The notes: generated by a model not told the origin, from the letters alone. Counted from the first letter of the stretch, positions 1 to 9,530 are shown. The stretch: 25,269 bases of DNA from an uncultured archaeon (GCA_964589775.1 CAZPUN010000043.1:1-25269); one strand, 5' to 3'. Program-made: numbers and translations.

Positions 1-50
1 GCTATTACATATTCATCAATTTCTGGCCATTCATTTCTTTTACGTACCAT
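1..50 (-). CDS. eif2a: Translation initiation factor 2 subunit alpha (aIF2-alpha), N-terminal fragment running off the window start
   Basis: Reverse strand from ATG at 50 reads MVRKRNEWPEIDEYVIA, a typical aIF2-alpha S1-domain start. Conserved archaeal order rpl44e-rps27e-eif2a. Not in the ORF track. Confidence 0.85.
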   Translation of the reverse strand, partial: MVRKRNEWPEIDEYVI

Positions 51-79
51 TTTGTCCACAATCTCCGAAATTTTTAGTT

Positions 80-271
80 TTATGTTAGAACTTGTAAGAT
101 TTTTGTTTTTATATTTGCTTTTCCACCGCGTGGTTCAGCGAGGATTCGCCCACACACTTCACATTTCACAATAGTGCTGGCGCATCCAAAAATTATTTGT
201 TCATTACCACAATCTAAGCATTTTACTTTCAGGAATCGTGATCTTGGTTGTGGTATTATTTCGCCTTTCAT
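80..271 (-). CDS. rps27e: 30S ribosomal protein S27e
   Basis: [20 protein letters not shown]...[18 protein letters not shown] zinc-ribbon signature; lies next to rpl44e. Confidence 0.97.
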   Translation of the reverse strand: MKGEIIPQPRSRFLKVKCLDCGNEQIIFGCASTIVKCEVCGRILAEPRGGKANIKTKILQVLT

Positions 272-281
272 TTTAATACAC

Positions 282-563
282 CTACATTCTGATAAATTCT
301 ACTTTTCTTAATCGCATTCCTTTTGACATTGTAATATGTCCACATACTTTACATTTATATTTTAATACAGTTTTCTTTGTGGTTTTTGAAAATCGCTTCT
401 GGATAGCTGCAGGGAATGAGCCATATCCTTTCTTTTTACGTGTGATTCGTCTATTTCCCTCTGCGAGCTTTCTATCTTTACCCTTTTTGTAGATCGATAC
501 TGTATGTTCTGTATGTGTATTACATCTTGGACAATATTTTCTCATTACTGGTTTAACTTTCAC
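282..563 (-). CDS. rpl44e: 50S ribosomal protein L44e (eL42)
   Basis: [12 protein letters not shown]...KKKGYGS...[14 protein letters not shown]; GTG start preceded by GGAG. Confidence 0.96.
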   Translation of the reverse strand: MKVKPVMRKYCPRCNTHTEHTVSIYKKGKDRKLAEGNRRITRKKKGYGSFPAAIQKRFSKTTKKTVLKYKCKVCGHITMSKGMRLRKVEFIRM

Positions 564-652
564 TTTTGCTCCATCCAGAATTTCTTTTTATTAATAATGA
601 GTCCATAGCGAAAAGGCTGATTTGAAATTATTAAAGTTTTCTTTAAGTGAGC

Positions 653-823
653 TTATGGTTTGAAGAATATCCAACCGATTGTAATAGCTATTATTGTAAG
701 TGCTGATATGACCATAACTGCTACTGGTCCTACTTTGATACCTGGTGTTTCATCTTCAAAGAATCGAATAAGTCCTGCACCACCTGAGGGCATTGGGCCA
801 TCGCTTTTTCTTCTTTTAGGCAT
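653..823 (-). CDS. secG: Preprotein translocase subunit Sec61-beta (archaeal SecG), 56 aa
   Basis: My translation of the minus strand: MPKRRKSDGPMPSGGAGLIRFFEDETPGIKVGPVAVMVISALTIIAITIGWIFFKP*. Has the AGLIRFFE(D/E)...IK.P motif and one C-terminal TM helix, with GGAGG upstream. Absent from the ORF track, apparently because it is under 60 aa. Confidence 0.93.
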   Translation of the reverse strand: MPKRRKSDGPMPSGGAGLIRFFEDETPGIKVGPVAVMVISALTIIAITIGWIFFKP

Positions 824-885
824 CTGCTTAAGCCTCCGATATTTTTTAAAAATAAAAGTGAATATTTACTTATAACCATTATCTT

Positions 886-1170
886 CTATATGCTTTTACA
901 AACACATGGATTTTGGTGACATTTTGGGCAAACACCCGGATACTTGGTATAGAGCGCCTTATCTGCATCTATGTCTAATATGTTCGCAATAGAGATTGTC
1001 CAAGCAATAACATCTGCAATTTCTTCAGATGGATCTGTTTTATTTAATATTGCTGAGATTAACTCTGCTACTTCTTGAGTTAGTCTTAATAGTGTTTTAT
1101 CTACTCCTCGCTTTTTATCTTTTTCAAAGTATAAAGATTTCATCAAATCTTGAAACTCTTTAATTGACAT
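886..1170 (-). CDS. MazG-like nucleotide pyrophosphohydrolase with C-terminal Cys cluster
   Basis: QEVAEL...EEIADVIAW MazG motif and C-terminal YPGVCPKCHQNPCVC. Start chosen at ATG 1170 (GGTG upstream); the ORF extends to 1185. Confidence 0.85.
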   Translation of the reverse strand: MSIKEFQDLMKSLYFEKDKKRGVDKTLLRLTQEVAELISAILNKTDPSEEIADVIAWTISIANILDIDADKALYTKYPGVCPKCHQNPCVCKSI

Positions 1171-1209
1171 TTTTATCAACACCAAAAAAAGGAAAGTAAA
1201 AAATATATT

Positions 1210-2529
1210 TTATCTAAACGATATGTACTCATATGCATTTGTTTTGTTGTCGAAACAATAATGTACTTTTTGGTATGGCTTTCGAAATTCAGAAACTTCT
1301 TTTGAAATTGATTTTGGATCTTTTTCGTCTAATACAATCTTTTTGATAAATTCGGCGATTGCATCCATCTCGGATTCTTTCATGCCAAGTCTTGTCATTT
1401 CACTTACTCCTAGTCTTATACCTCCTGGTCGAATATAGTCTCGCCCCTGTCTTTTGTCCCATGGTAATAGGTTTCTATTGATTATTATATTTGCTTCTTC
1501 AAGTTTTTCTTCAACAGTTCTTCCATCCTTCAGAGGCGTATTCGTTATATCTACTAGTACGATGTGAGACTCTGTAAATCCTTTATGCTCTCCAAGTACA
1601 TTAAATCCACGTTCATATAATGATTGTGCTAGTGCTTTAGCATTTTTTACAATTTGTTTTGCATAATCCTTACCAAATTCTAGCATTTCCGCAATCGCGA
1701 CACCTAATCCTGCTACATTGTGTAAATGATGATTGCTCATAAGACTTGGAAATGCTGCACGTTTAATTTTTTCAGCATATTCCATTTTGCTAAGTACGAT
1801 ACCATGTTGTGGTCCTGGTAATGTTTTATGAGTACTAGCAGTCATTACATCTGCGCCTTCTCTAAGTGGATCTTGGAATTGTCCTCCTGCAATCAAACCT
1901 GCTACATGAGCCGCATCATAGCCAATTCTCATGCCATACTCCTGGGCAATCTCTTGGAATTCCTTAACCGGATGTGGAAATAGTAAGACACTAGCTCCAA
2001 AAAGTAACAATTTTGTATGTTTTCCAGATTTTTCTAATTCTCGTATCTTTTTTATACTTGCATCTACATCAATATTTAGTTCCTTTTCATCATAAACGTA
2101 GTTTTGTACTTTCAAGCCATGTACAGCTCCTGCGGTACCTCCTAAATTACGTCGGGCATGGCTTATGTGTCCACCAGACTGAATACTCAAAGCAAAAATT
2201 CGGTCTCCTGGTTCAGTACATGCTGTATACATCATTAAATTTGCAACAACACCACTGATTGGTCGTACATCTGCAAATTCTGCCTTGAATAATTCTTTGG
2301 CAAGTTCCATTGTTTTTATTTCAACTTGATCTATATATTTACATCCTGCATATACTCTTTCTCCGGGCCATCCTTCTGCATATCTGTGTGAAAAATCTGT
2401 TGTTATTGCCTCTCTTACAGCTGGGGATGGGATATTTTCTGATGCAATAAGATTAATTGTGTTTTGCATCCATTTGTGATGTTCTTGTAGAAGTGTAAAA
2501 ATTTCCTCATATGCTTCTTTCGGATTCAT
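1210..2529 (-). CDS. glyA: Serine hydroxymethyltransferase
   Basis: INLIASEN, RYAEGWPGERVYAGC, GGHISH, YDAAHVAGLIAGG, STHKTLPGPQHG (PLP lysine), GIRLG. Likely start at ATG 2529 after GGTGA; the ORF extends to 2541. Confidence 0.97.
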   Translation of the reverse strand: MNPKEAYEEIFTLLQEHHKWMQNTINLIASENIPSPAVREAITTDFSHRYAEGWPGERVYAGCKYIDQVEIKTMELAKELFKAEFADVRPISGVVANLMMYTACTEPGDRIFALSIQSGGHISHARRNLGGTAGAVHGLKVQNYVYDEKELNIDVDASIKKIRELEKSGKHTKLLLFGASVLLFPHPVKEFQEIAQEYGMRIGYDAAHVAGLIAGGQFQDPLREGADVMTASTHKTLPGPQHGIVLSKMEYAEKIKRAAFPSLMSNHHLHNVAGLGVAIAEMLEFGKDYAKQIVKNAKALAQSLYERGFNVLGEHKGFTESHIVLVDITNTPLKDGRTVEEKLEEANIIINRNLLPWDKRQGRDYIRPGGIRLGVSEMTRLGMKESEMDAIAEFIKKIVLDEKDPKSISKEVSEFRKPYQKVHYCFDNKTNAYEYISFR

Positions 2530-2740
2530 GATTATCACCATTTATTAAATTTAACATTTACTTTTTATTTTTGCTATATCTCGTATATTATGCACTTATT
2601 TTTGTTATTCTTCTATAATTGATATTGAAATTTTGATTGATTTCTATACTTTTTTTGTAATCTGGGTTGTGCACAAATTAGATTATTTTTATATTATCTA
2701 TATAAATAAAATGCACCTAAACGAAATTCGAGGTTCAATA

Positions 2741-4627
2741 ATGAAAAAAAAGAAGATGTTTTCTGGTGCTCCCTTTCTAGGGAAAATTAAATTACATTGG
2801 TGTGATGTATGTAATTTACCTATTCTTGATAATTTTAAATGTGATATTTGTGGAAATGAGCCTCGAAAGGTAGATCTCACTCCTCCTGGAGATCCTTTTC
2901 CCATACAAGGTGAATTTTTGAAAAAAGTTCGAAATGTGATTGATGAACTCTATGGTACAAATATTGGACTTAAACTGTTACCTGATGATAAAATAATTCT
3001 TGCGAATAAATCGCCTTCACAAGAAGGAATGTATGAAATCATAGTTGATGGTTATGTTATCGGTAAATTAAAATATAATATATATACAAAGAAGAACTAT
3101 TTTTCACCAACATTAGAAGGCGCTAGACGGTTATCCTTCTTTAAAGCAAAAAAATGGATACTATGTGCGGATGATGTAATTCCCTATATTTTAAATGGTG
3201 CAAGTCTTCTCATTCCGGGAATTCTTGATTTAGATCCTTCAATTAAGAAGGATGATGATGTGTACCTTATTAACAATAATGGTGGTTGTTTTGCAGTAGG
3301 TCGAGCCAGACTTTCTTATGATGAAATACGTGAATTTAGCCGCGGAGTTGCGGTAAAAATAAGAGAATACGCATCACCTAAAAAGTGCAAAATACTTGCT
3401 GGTGGTCGAACATTATCTGATGCTATACAAGCAAACTTACATTATATTGAAGACATTGAAAATAAAGCTATTAATTTTATACAAAAAACTAAGAATAAGT
3501 TTAATTTGCCACATGTCGTAGCCTTTTCAGGAGGAAAGGACTCTCTAGCTACATTTTTGTTAGTACGGAAAGCACTTGGTCGTGCTCCGATTTTATTTTT
3601 AAATACAGGAATTGAGTTTCCCGAAACTCTTGAATATGTGAAGCAAATCCATGAAAAATATAACGAAGATCTTATTATGACTGATGCAAATAAATCCTTT
3701 TGGAATGCCGTAAAATTGTTTGGGCCTCCGGCACGTGATTATCGTTGGTGCTGTAAGGTTGTAAAGTTTGGTCCTGCAAGTCTAAAATTAAGAGCTTTAT
3801 TTAATACTAAGGTCTTAACCTTTGTTGGGCAACGGCGATATGAATCCTTTAAGCGATCTAAGGAAAGCAAAATATCTCAAAATATTTGGGTTCGAGAGCA
3901 AATTTCAGTGAGTCCTATAAAAGATTGGACTGCATTAGATGTGTTTTTGTATTCTATGCGTGAAGGCGCAGAGCTGAATCCTTTATATTCGCAAGGATTT
4001 CCTCGAATTGGATGCTGGTTATGTCCTGCATCGTCATTAGAGGAATTTGAATTTTTGAGAATTACACATCCTGCTTTATATGAAAAATGGTTCTCTATTC
4101 TTAAGCATTGGAAGGATGTCTTGAATTATCCTGATGAATGGATTGAATTTGGCATTTGGCGTTGGCGTCACGCACCCGGGTCAGTATTGGCAGAACTTAA
4201 GAAGCGAAATATTTCGTTGGATGAGGCACAAAGAATTGAACTAACTGGAATTCATTTTTCAATTGTAAATCAAGGTGAAACTACTTATGAAATACATTAT
4301 AACAGAAAAGTTGATCCTTATATAATAAATAATATTTTATCAATATTTAATCTTGAACAAAAGTCACAAAATACTTTTTCGAATAACTCCGGAATGACCA
4401 TTGAAATTTTTGATAATATTGTTAAGGTTTCATTTCCAAATGTTGATATCAAATATATTGCTCGTGCGATTCAAAGAAAGTTGGGATGTCAAGGTTGTGG
4501 TGTATGTGTTTCATCATGTCCTTTCAATGCCCTTGAAATTGTTAATAATAAAATACATGTAAAATCTGAATTATGTACCGGATGCTTAGAATGCGACAAC
4601 TCACCTTGTCCTACATACTTAAAATAA
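2741..4627 (+). CDS. PUA-domain / phosphoadenosine phosphosulfate reductase-family protein with N-terminal Zn ribbon and C-terminal 4Fe-4S domain
   Basis: WCDVCNLP..CDIC ribbon; PUA (GASLLIPGI); AFSGGKDS; RWCCKVVK; GQRRYES; RIGCWLCP; CQGCGVCVSSCP/CTGCLEC ferredoxin motifs. Start at ATG 2741 after GAGGT; the ORF extends to 2633. Confidence 0.88.
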   Translation: MKKKKMFSGAPFLGKIKLHWCDVCNLPILDNFKCDICGNEPRKVDLTPPGDPFPIQGEFLKKVRNVIDELYGTNIGLKLLPDDKIILANKSPSQEGMYEIIVDGYVIGKLKYNIYTKKNYFSPTLEGARRLSFFKAKKWILCADDVIPYILNGASLLIPGILDLDPSIKKDDDVYLINNNGGCFAVGRARLSYDEIREFSRGVAVKIREYASPKKCKILAGGRTLSDAIQANLHYIEDIENKAINFIQKTKNKFNLPHVVAFSGGKDSLATFLLVRKALGRAPILFLNTGIEFPETLEYVKQIHEKYNEDLIMTDANKSFWNAVKLFGPPARDYRWCCKVVKFGPASLKLRALFNTKVLTFVGQRRYESFKRSKESKISQNIWVREQISVSPIKDWTALDVFLYSMREGAELNPLYSQGFPRIGCWLCPASSLEEFEFLRITHPALYEKWFSILKHWKDVLNYPDEWIEFGIWRWRHAPGSVLAELKKRNISLDEAQRIELTGIHFSIVNQGETTYEIHYNRKVDPYIINNILSIFNLEQKSQNTFSNNSGMTIEIFDNIVKVSFPNVDIKYIARAIQRKLGCQGCGVCVSSCPFNALEIVNNKIHVKSELCTGCLECDNSPCPTYLK

Positions 4628-4642
4628 AAAATCATCTTTATC

Positions 4643-5437
4643 TCAATCACTACATTTTTTACATAATTTTTGATAATATTGTCTTGTATTTATGGGTAAT
4701 TTTTTGTAATTTAATAATTTTTTACAATAATCACACAAATCGTTTTCATAATTAAGTTCTTTCAATTTTTCTTTTTGTGAGCGGAATTCCTTCACAATAT
4801 TTGGTCCTGTACTAGTACCTATCCTATTTGCTCCTTTATTCATTAATATAATAGCTTGTTTTGCGCTTCTTATACCTCCTGCAGCTTTAATACCCATTGA
4901 CGAACTTATGACAGACCTTATTATTTCAATATCTCTTGGGAAAGCTCCAATTGGTCCGAAACCAGTTGATGTTTTTACGAATTTTGCACCCGCTCTTTCA
5001 ATAATTCTTGATATTTCCATCTTTTCATTGTCTGTTAAAAAGCCAACTTCTATTATTACTTTGACAGGTTTTCCCTGACGTACTATCTCTCTTATTTCAT
5101 GTTCGATATAATTATAGTTCTTTTCTTTAAATTTCCCAATATTCATTACCATATCAATTTCATCTGCACCTTTTTCGATCACATCGCGAGTTTCATAAAT
5201 TTTTGTATTAGTTGTATTTGCACCTAATGGGAATCCTATTACTGTTGTTATTTTTAAATCTCTTCCATCTATAATCTTTATAGCATCAGTTACTCTACAT
5301 GGATGGACACAAATAAAACCAATTTCAAAATTAAGTGCATCTTCTACAAGTTTTGTGATATCTTTGTTTGTAGCATATGGTGATAATAATGTATGTTCAA
5401 TTGATTTTGCAAAATCTTTTTCAGATGGAATATTCAT
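4643..5437 (-). CDS. deoC: Deoxyribose-phosphate aldolase with a C-terminal CxxC...CxxC extension
   Basis: IEHTLL, VIGFPLGA, GADEIDMV, KVIIE, FVKTSTGF, GIKAAGGIR, RIGTS. The ORF could start at 5446. Confidence 0.95.
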   Translation of the reverse strand: MNIPSEKDFAKSIEHTLLSPYATNKDITKLVEDALNFEIGFICVHPCRVTDAIKIIDGRDLKITTVIGFPLGANTTNTKIYETRDVIEKGADEIDMVMNIGKFKEKNYNYIEHEIREIVRQGKPVKVIIEVGFLTDNEKMEISRIIERAGAKFVKTSTGFGPIGAFPRDIEIIRSVISSSMGIKAAGGIRSAKQAIILMNKGANRIGTSTGPNIVKEFRSQKEKLKELNYENDLCDYCKKLLNYKKLPINTRQYYQKLCKKCSD

Positions 5438-5442
5438 ATCGA

Positions 5443-6453
5443 TCACATCAAATCTAAATCCTTTATTGCTATATCAATATCTTCTTTATTTATCTTAAGA
5501 TGTTGTAATATTGAATACCGGTTTCGTTTTTTCATTAGGTTAACAGCTTTATCAATAATTTTATGAAAAATTTCTTTTGATATATTAAGATCTTTAAGAT
5601 TGCTTGGCATTTTATGTTCTATCAATATGCCCTTTAATTTTAATGGGTCAAATACATCTAAACCTGCTTTTCTCATAAAATACAATGTAAATTGAGATGC
5701 AAAAGCAACTTGATGCCCGTGTAAATGTGGCTTAATTGTATCCATTACATGTGAAATTGCATGTTCTGTACCAGAACATGGTCTGGAACTACCAAATTTA
5801 GACATAGCAACTCCCGATTGAATTTCTGCATTTATTAGCGTTTTAAGTGAATTATCTTCCAATACTGAATATAATGCCGAATTTACCATATTATATATTT
5901 CAATATCAAACGGTTCATCATTAAATTCGTGTCCAAGTTTCCATTCCGGTAAGCTGGATAGCTTGCATAAAATATCTCCAAAACCTGCAGTTCTTAGGTG
6001 TATTGGCGCTTTTTCAATGATGGATATATCTGCAATTACTGCTTTTGGTTCAGTGCATGGTTCTGAATATCTTACGCCATTGTGATTTATACTAGCAACA
6101 TTGCTGGCGATTCCGTCATGTGATGCTGCAGTGGGTATGGAAATCCATGGAATGTGCGCCTTTTTTGAAATTATTTTCGCCTGATCTATGCTTTTTCCGC
6201 CACCAAATCCTATAACTAAATCTAAATCATTTGTATTTGGAATTATTATTTCATCTAATGCGATCGTTGGTAAATCTGTAATATGCCAGATTATTGGAAT
6301 ATCTATAAACTCTTCTAAAATGTGTCCATAATGCTTTTTTACAACACTATCACTTACAATGATTGCCTTATTCGGTCTAAAATATTCAATTAAATTGCGT
6401 ATATATTTTAGAGCGCCTCGCTCAATATAAACTATCAATTCTTCTATCGTCAT
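5443..6453 (-). CDS. egsA: sn-glycerol-1-phosphate dehydrogenase (archaeal lipid backbone)
   Basis: GFGGGKSID, PTAASHDGIAS, SSRPCSGTEHAISH and LHGHQVA motifs of G1PDH. Confidence 0.85.
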   Translation of the reverse strand: MTIEELIVYIERGALKYIRNLIEYFRPNKAIIVSDSVVKKHYGHILEEFIDIPIIWHITDLPTIALDEIIIPNTNDLDLVIGFGGGKSIDQAKIISKKAHIPWISIPTAASHDGIASNVASINHNGVRYSEPCTEPKAVIADISIIEKAPIHLRTAGFGDILCKLSSLPEWKLGHEFNDEPFDIEIYNMVNSALYSVLEDNSLKTLINAEIQSGVAMSKFGSSRPCSGTEHAISHVMDTIKPHLHGHQVAFASQFTLYFMRKAGLDVFDPLKLKGILIEHKMPSNLKDLNISKEIFHKIIDKAVNLMKKRNRYSILQHLKINKEDIDIAIKDLDLM

Positions 6454-6562
6454 TGCTAAATCCTTTGCACTCTTTGTATTTAATTGTTTTCAATGAGAAT
6501 TATTTACGTATTACTAGCTTTTTAGTTTATATTTTTCTAGATTTTTTACAGAGGTATGTAAT

Positions 6563-7051
6563 ATGAATACGATAAAGGTAACGTTAATCGGTCATGGATA
6601 TGCTGGAAAATCAACTCTTATTAAATTGTTAACTGGCAAAACTATTTCCAAAACATATACTCCGACAATTGGAATGGATGTTGGGGTATTAAATTTGGAA
6701 AATGGGACTAGATTATCCCTATTTGAATTAGCGGGGCAGGACCACTTTAACTTTCTTTGGCCCGATTTTATACGAGGCAGTAAATTGATAATGGTAGTAA
6801 CTGATTCAAATCCACAAGCTGTGTTACGTACGCGTCAGTTATTAGAGAAATTTAAGGAGTATTTAGTTGGAGTTCCCGTAATTGGTATTGCTAACAAGCA
6901 AGATTTGCCTGGTGCATTGTCTCCCAGTTCTGTACAAGATCTGCTTGGAATTCCATGTTACGGTATGATTGCAAAGGATTCAGCTCAAAAAGTGCATGCA
7001 TATCGAATACTAATGTCTGCTTTAAACAACATAACAAAAGCAGCCTCCTAA
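6563..7051 (+). CDS. Small Ras-superfamily GTPase, Arf/Rab-like (eukaryotic-signature type)
   Basis: G1 GHGYAGKS, G2 YTPTIG, G3 ELAGQ, Arf-like LW in switch II, G4 ANKQDLPGAL; 162 aa; GAGGT upstream. Confidence 0.9.
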   Translation: MNTIKVTLIGHGYAGKSTLIKLLTGKTISKTYTPTIGMDVGVLNLENGTRLSLFELAGQDHFNFLWPDFIRGSKLIMVVTDSNPQAVLRTRQLLEKFKEYLVGVPVIGIANKQDLPGALSPSSVQDLLGIPCYGMIAKDSAQKVHAYRILMSALNNITKAAS

Positions 7052-7174
7052 TCTTTTTTAATTATTTATTTATTTTCCATTTGAAAAGATTTTTAAGAAA
7101 AATTTATTGATGTTGTGTGAAGCAAGTTAAATGTATTATTATTTAAATTCTCAATTACGGATGTGTATCGGCAT

Positions 7175-7969
7175 ATGGAAATTACTATTTTAGAAAAAAC
7201 TGAAAACACTATAAAGTTTATAGTGGAAGGTGTTGATGTATCTTTCGCAAATGCATTAAGGCGCATCATCATCTCAGAAGTGCCTACATTAGCTATTGAT
7301 ACTATTTATGTTCTTGAGAACACATCCGTTATGTTTGATGAAATGCTCGCACATAGATTAGGCCTTATTCCTCTAAAAACCGATTTGGAATCCTATGTAA
7401 AGCCGGATGAATGCGAATGTGGTGGAAAAGGCTGTCCAATGTGCCAAGTAACTTTAACTCTTGAAGTTGAAGCATATGATGGTCCTATGACCGTATATTC
7501 TAAGGATATTGTCTCACAAGATCCAAAAGTATATCCAGTTAGTGGCGATATTCCTCTTGTTAAGTTAGAAAAAGGTCAAAAAATAATTCTAGAACTCAAT
7601 GCTCGTTTGGGTACCGGTAAAGAACACGCAAAATTCCAGCCTGTAGCAACAGCTTCTTACAAATATGTTCCGATCGTTGAAATTGAACGCGATAAATGTA
7701 CATTATGTGGTGAATGTCAGAATGTGTGTCCGAGAAATATCTTTGAAATTACGGAATCCGATATCGGCATTAATAACACTCTAAGCTGTACTTTATGTAA
7801 TTTGTGCGTTGAGGCTTGTGAGACGAATGCAATTTATGTGGATTGGGATGATAATCGTTTTATATTTAACATTGAATCCACAGGTGCGTTGGCACCTGAA
7901 GAAATAGTTAAAAAGGCAGCTCAAATTCTCTTAGAGAAAGCTGAATCTGCTTTAGAATCAATTAGTTAA
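7175..7969 (+). CDS. rpoD: DNA-directed RNA polymerase subunit D (Rpo3) with Zn loop and ferredoxin-like domain
   Basis: FANALRRIIISEVPTLAID, ENTSVMFDEMLAHRLGLIPL, GTGKEHAKFQP, IESTGAL; two CxxCxxCxxxC motifs. Start at ATG 7175; the ORF extends to 7163. Confidence 0.97.
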   Translation: MEITILEKTENTIKFIVEGVDVSFANALRRIIISEVPTLAIDTIYVLENTSVMFDEMLAHRLGLIPLKTDLESYVKPDECECGGKGCPMCQVTLTLEVEAYDGPMTVYSKDIVSQDPKVYPVSGDIPLVKLEKGQKIILELNARLGTGKEHAKFQPVATASYKYVPIVEIERDKCTLCGECQNVCPRNIFEITESDIGINNTLSCTLCNLCVEACETNAIYVDWDDNRFIFNIESTGALAPEEIVKKAAQILLEKAESALESIS

Positions 7970-7979
7970 AAAAAGGAGA

Positions 7980-8351
7980 TTGATGATAATGAAACCAACT
8001 GGTCCAACTGACCCAAATCTCCGACATGTAGTAAATCTATTGGAGAAAGCGTCACGTAAGCATAATGTAAATATTTGGCGCTATGTCGCAGAAAGGATTA
8101 GTAAGCCAAGACGAAATAAAACTGGAGTAAACTTATCGCGTATCAATCGAAATACTAAAAATGGTGATATCGTAGTCGTACCTGATAAGGTACTTGGATC
8201 TGGCGATATTGATCATCCAGTTACTGTAGGTGCAATAGCATTTTCAAAGCAAGCATATGAAAAAATAATAAATGCTGGTGGTAAAGCTATTACTATTGAA
8301 GCTTTACTTGAGCTAGTTCCTACAGGTTCTAACGTACGAATCATAGTTTGA
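7980..8351 (+). CDS. rpl18e: 50S ribosomal protein L18e
   Basis: TGPTDPNLR, IWRYVAERISKPRR, VNLSRINR, VVVPDKVLGSG, AFSKQA; follows rpoD. True start may be ATG 7983 or 7989. Confidence 0.96.
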   Translation: MMIMKPTGPTDPNLRHVVNLLEKASRKHNVNIWRYVAERISKPRRNKTGVNLSRINRNTKNGDIVVVPDKVLGSGDIDHPVTVGAIAFSKQAYEKIINAGGKAITIEALLELVPTGSNVRIIV

Positions 8352-8364
8352 GGTGCAACATATA

Positions 8365-8820
8365 ATGACAACCAAAAAGAAGCTTGTATTCAATGCAGAT
8401 GGATTAATTGCCGGTCGCCTTGCAACGATCGTAGCTAAAAATGCGCTGCTTGGCTATGAAATCGAAATAGTTAATTCTGAGAAGGCAATTATTACCGGTT
8501 CTAAAAAACGAATATTTGCAGACTATATGCACTTTTTACAAATTCGCACACACTATGCACCATGGAAAGGCCCATTTCACCCACGAAGACCGGACAGAAT
8601 TCTCCGTCGATTAATTCGTGGAATGCTTCCATGGGATACTCCACGAGGAAAAGCTGCATATCGTCGTATAAAAACGTACATTGGAATACCTCCCGAGTTA
8701 AAAGATACTGAATTTATAGTTCCGGAAGGCGCTAAATTCCGAGGAACAAATCGTCGCTTTGTTACCATTGAAGATATTGCAAAGAATATTGGATGGACTC
8801 CTAGAGGTGCTGTTGTATGA
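8365..8820 (+). CDS. rpl13: 50S ribosomal protein L13
   Basis: NADGLIAGRLAT, VNSEKAIITG, GPFHPRRPDRILRRLIRGMLP. Start at ATG 8365 after GAGGTG. Confidence 0.96.
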   Translation: MTTKKKLVFNADGLIAGRLATIVAKNALLGYEIEIVNSEKAIITGSKKRIFADYMHFLQIRTHYAPWKGPFHPRRPDRILRRLIRGMLPWDTPRGKAAYRRIKTYIGIPPELKDTEFIVPEGAKFRGTNRRFVTIEDIAKNIGWTPRGAVV

Positions 8821-9215
8821 AAGTAGTTGTTAGTGCTGGAAAGCGAAAGACCAGTATTGCAAAAGCAACAATTAAAGAAGGTTCCGGAAAAATTAGAATT
8901 AACAGTTTTCCACTTGACGTATATCAACCAAAAATTGCTCGTATGAAGATCATGGAACCTTTATTAATTGCTAAAGATTATATTCAAAATCTCGACATAC
9001 GTATTCGTGTTTCCGGTGGTGGCTTCATGTCCCAAGCTGAAGCCGCACGAATGGCTATTGCACTTGGACTTGTAAAATGGACTGATGATTACGATCTTAA
9101 GAAGATGTTTATTGAATATGATCGAACAATGATCGTTGGTGATCCCCGCCAGACTGAACCCAAACGATTTGGAGGTCCATCTGCGCGTTCGAGATATCAA
9201 AAGTCGTACCGTTAA
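8817..9215 (+). CDS. rps9: 30S ribosomal protein S9
   Basis: GKRKTSIAKA, VSGGGFMSQAEA, DRTMIVGDPRQTEPKRFGGPSARSRYQKSYR; ATGA overlap with rpl13. Confidence 0.97.
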   Translation: MKVVVSAGKRKTSIAKATIKEGSGKIRINSFPLDVYQPKIARMKIMEPLLIAKDYIQNLDIRIRVSGGGFMSQAEAARMAIALGLVKWTDDYDLKKMFIEYDRTMIVGDPRQTEPKRFGGPSARSRYQKSYR

Positions 9216-9255
9216 TGCATATATACTTTAGAACGTGGATTGAGGTGATAAAATC

Positions 9256-9477
9256 ATGATGATACCAATTAGATGCTTTACATGTGGAAAATTAATTGCC
9301 GATAAATATGAACCTTTCTTACGTCGTGTAAGCCAAGGTGAAGATCCCGATAAGGTTCTTGATGATCTTGGGCTCACACGATATTGTTGTAGACGAATGA
9401 TAATCTCAAATATTGATGCAATAGATGAATTTCTAAAGTTCTCAATCCACGTTTCTGAAGAAAGCATTGATACATAG
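9256..9477 (+). CDS. rpoN: DNA-directed RNA polymerase subunit N (Rpo10)
   Basis: [12 protein letters not shown]...[15 protein letters not shown]; GAGGTGA upstream. Confidence 0.97.
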   Translation: MMIPIRCFTCGKLIADKYEPFLRRVSQGEDPDKVLDDLGLTRYCCRRMIISNIDAIDEFLKFSIHVSEESIDT

Positions 9478-9530
9478 CAAAATTCTTATGATGTATAAGA
9501 TGAAAATTGATAGACAAGGTGAATGCATAA

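Noticed and set aside
660-875. 71-aa plus-strand ORF
   Set aside because: Antisense shadow of the Sec61-beta gene at 653-823.
2013-4755. Short ORFs 2013..2258, 2698..2904 and 4573..4755
   Set aside because: They overlap glyA, the PAPS-reductase-like gene or deoC and have no recognisable motifs.
8577-9467. Minus-strand ORFs 8577..8927, 8964..9200 and 9228..9467
   Set aside because: Antisense to rpl13, rps9 and rpoN.
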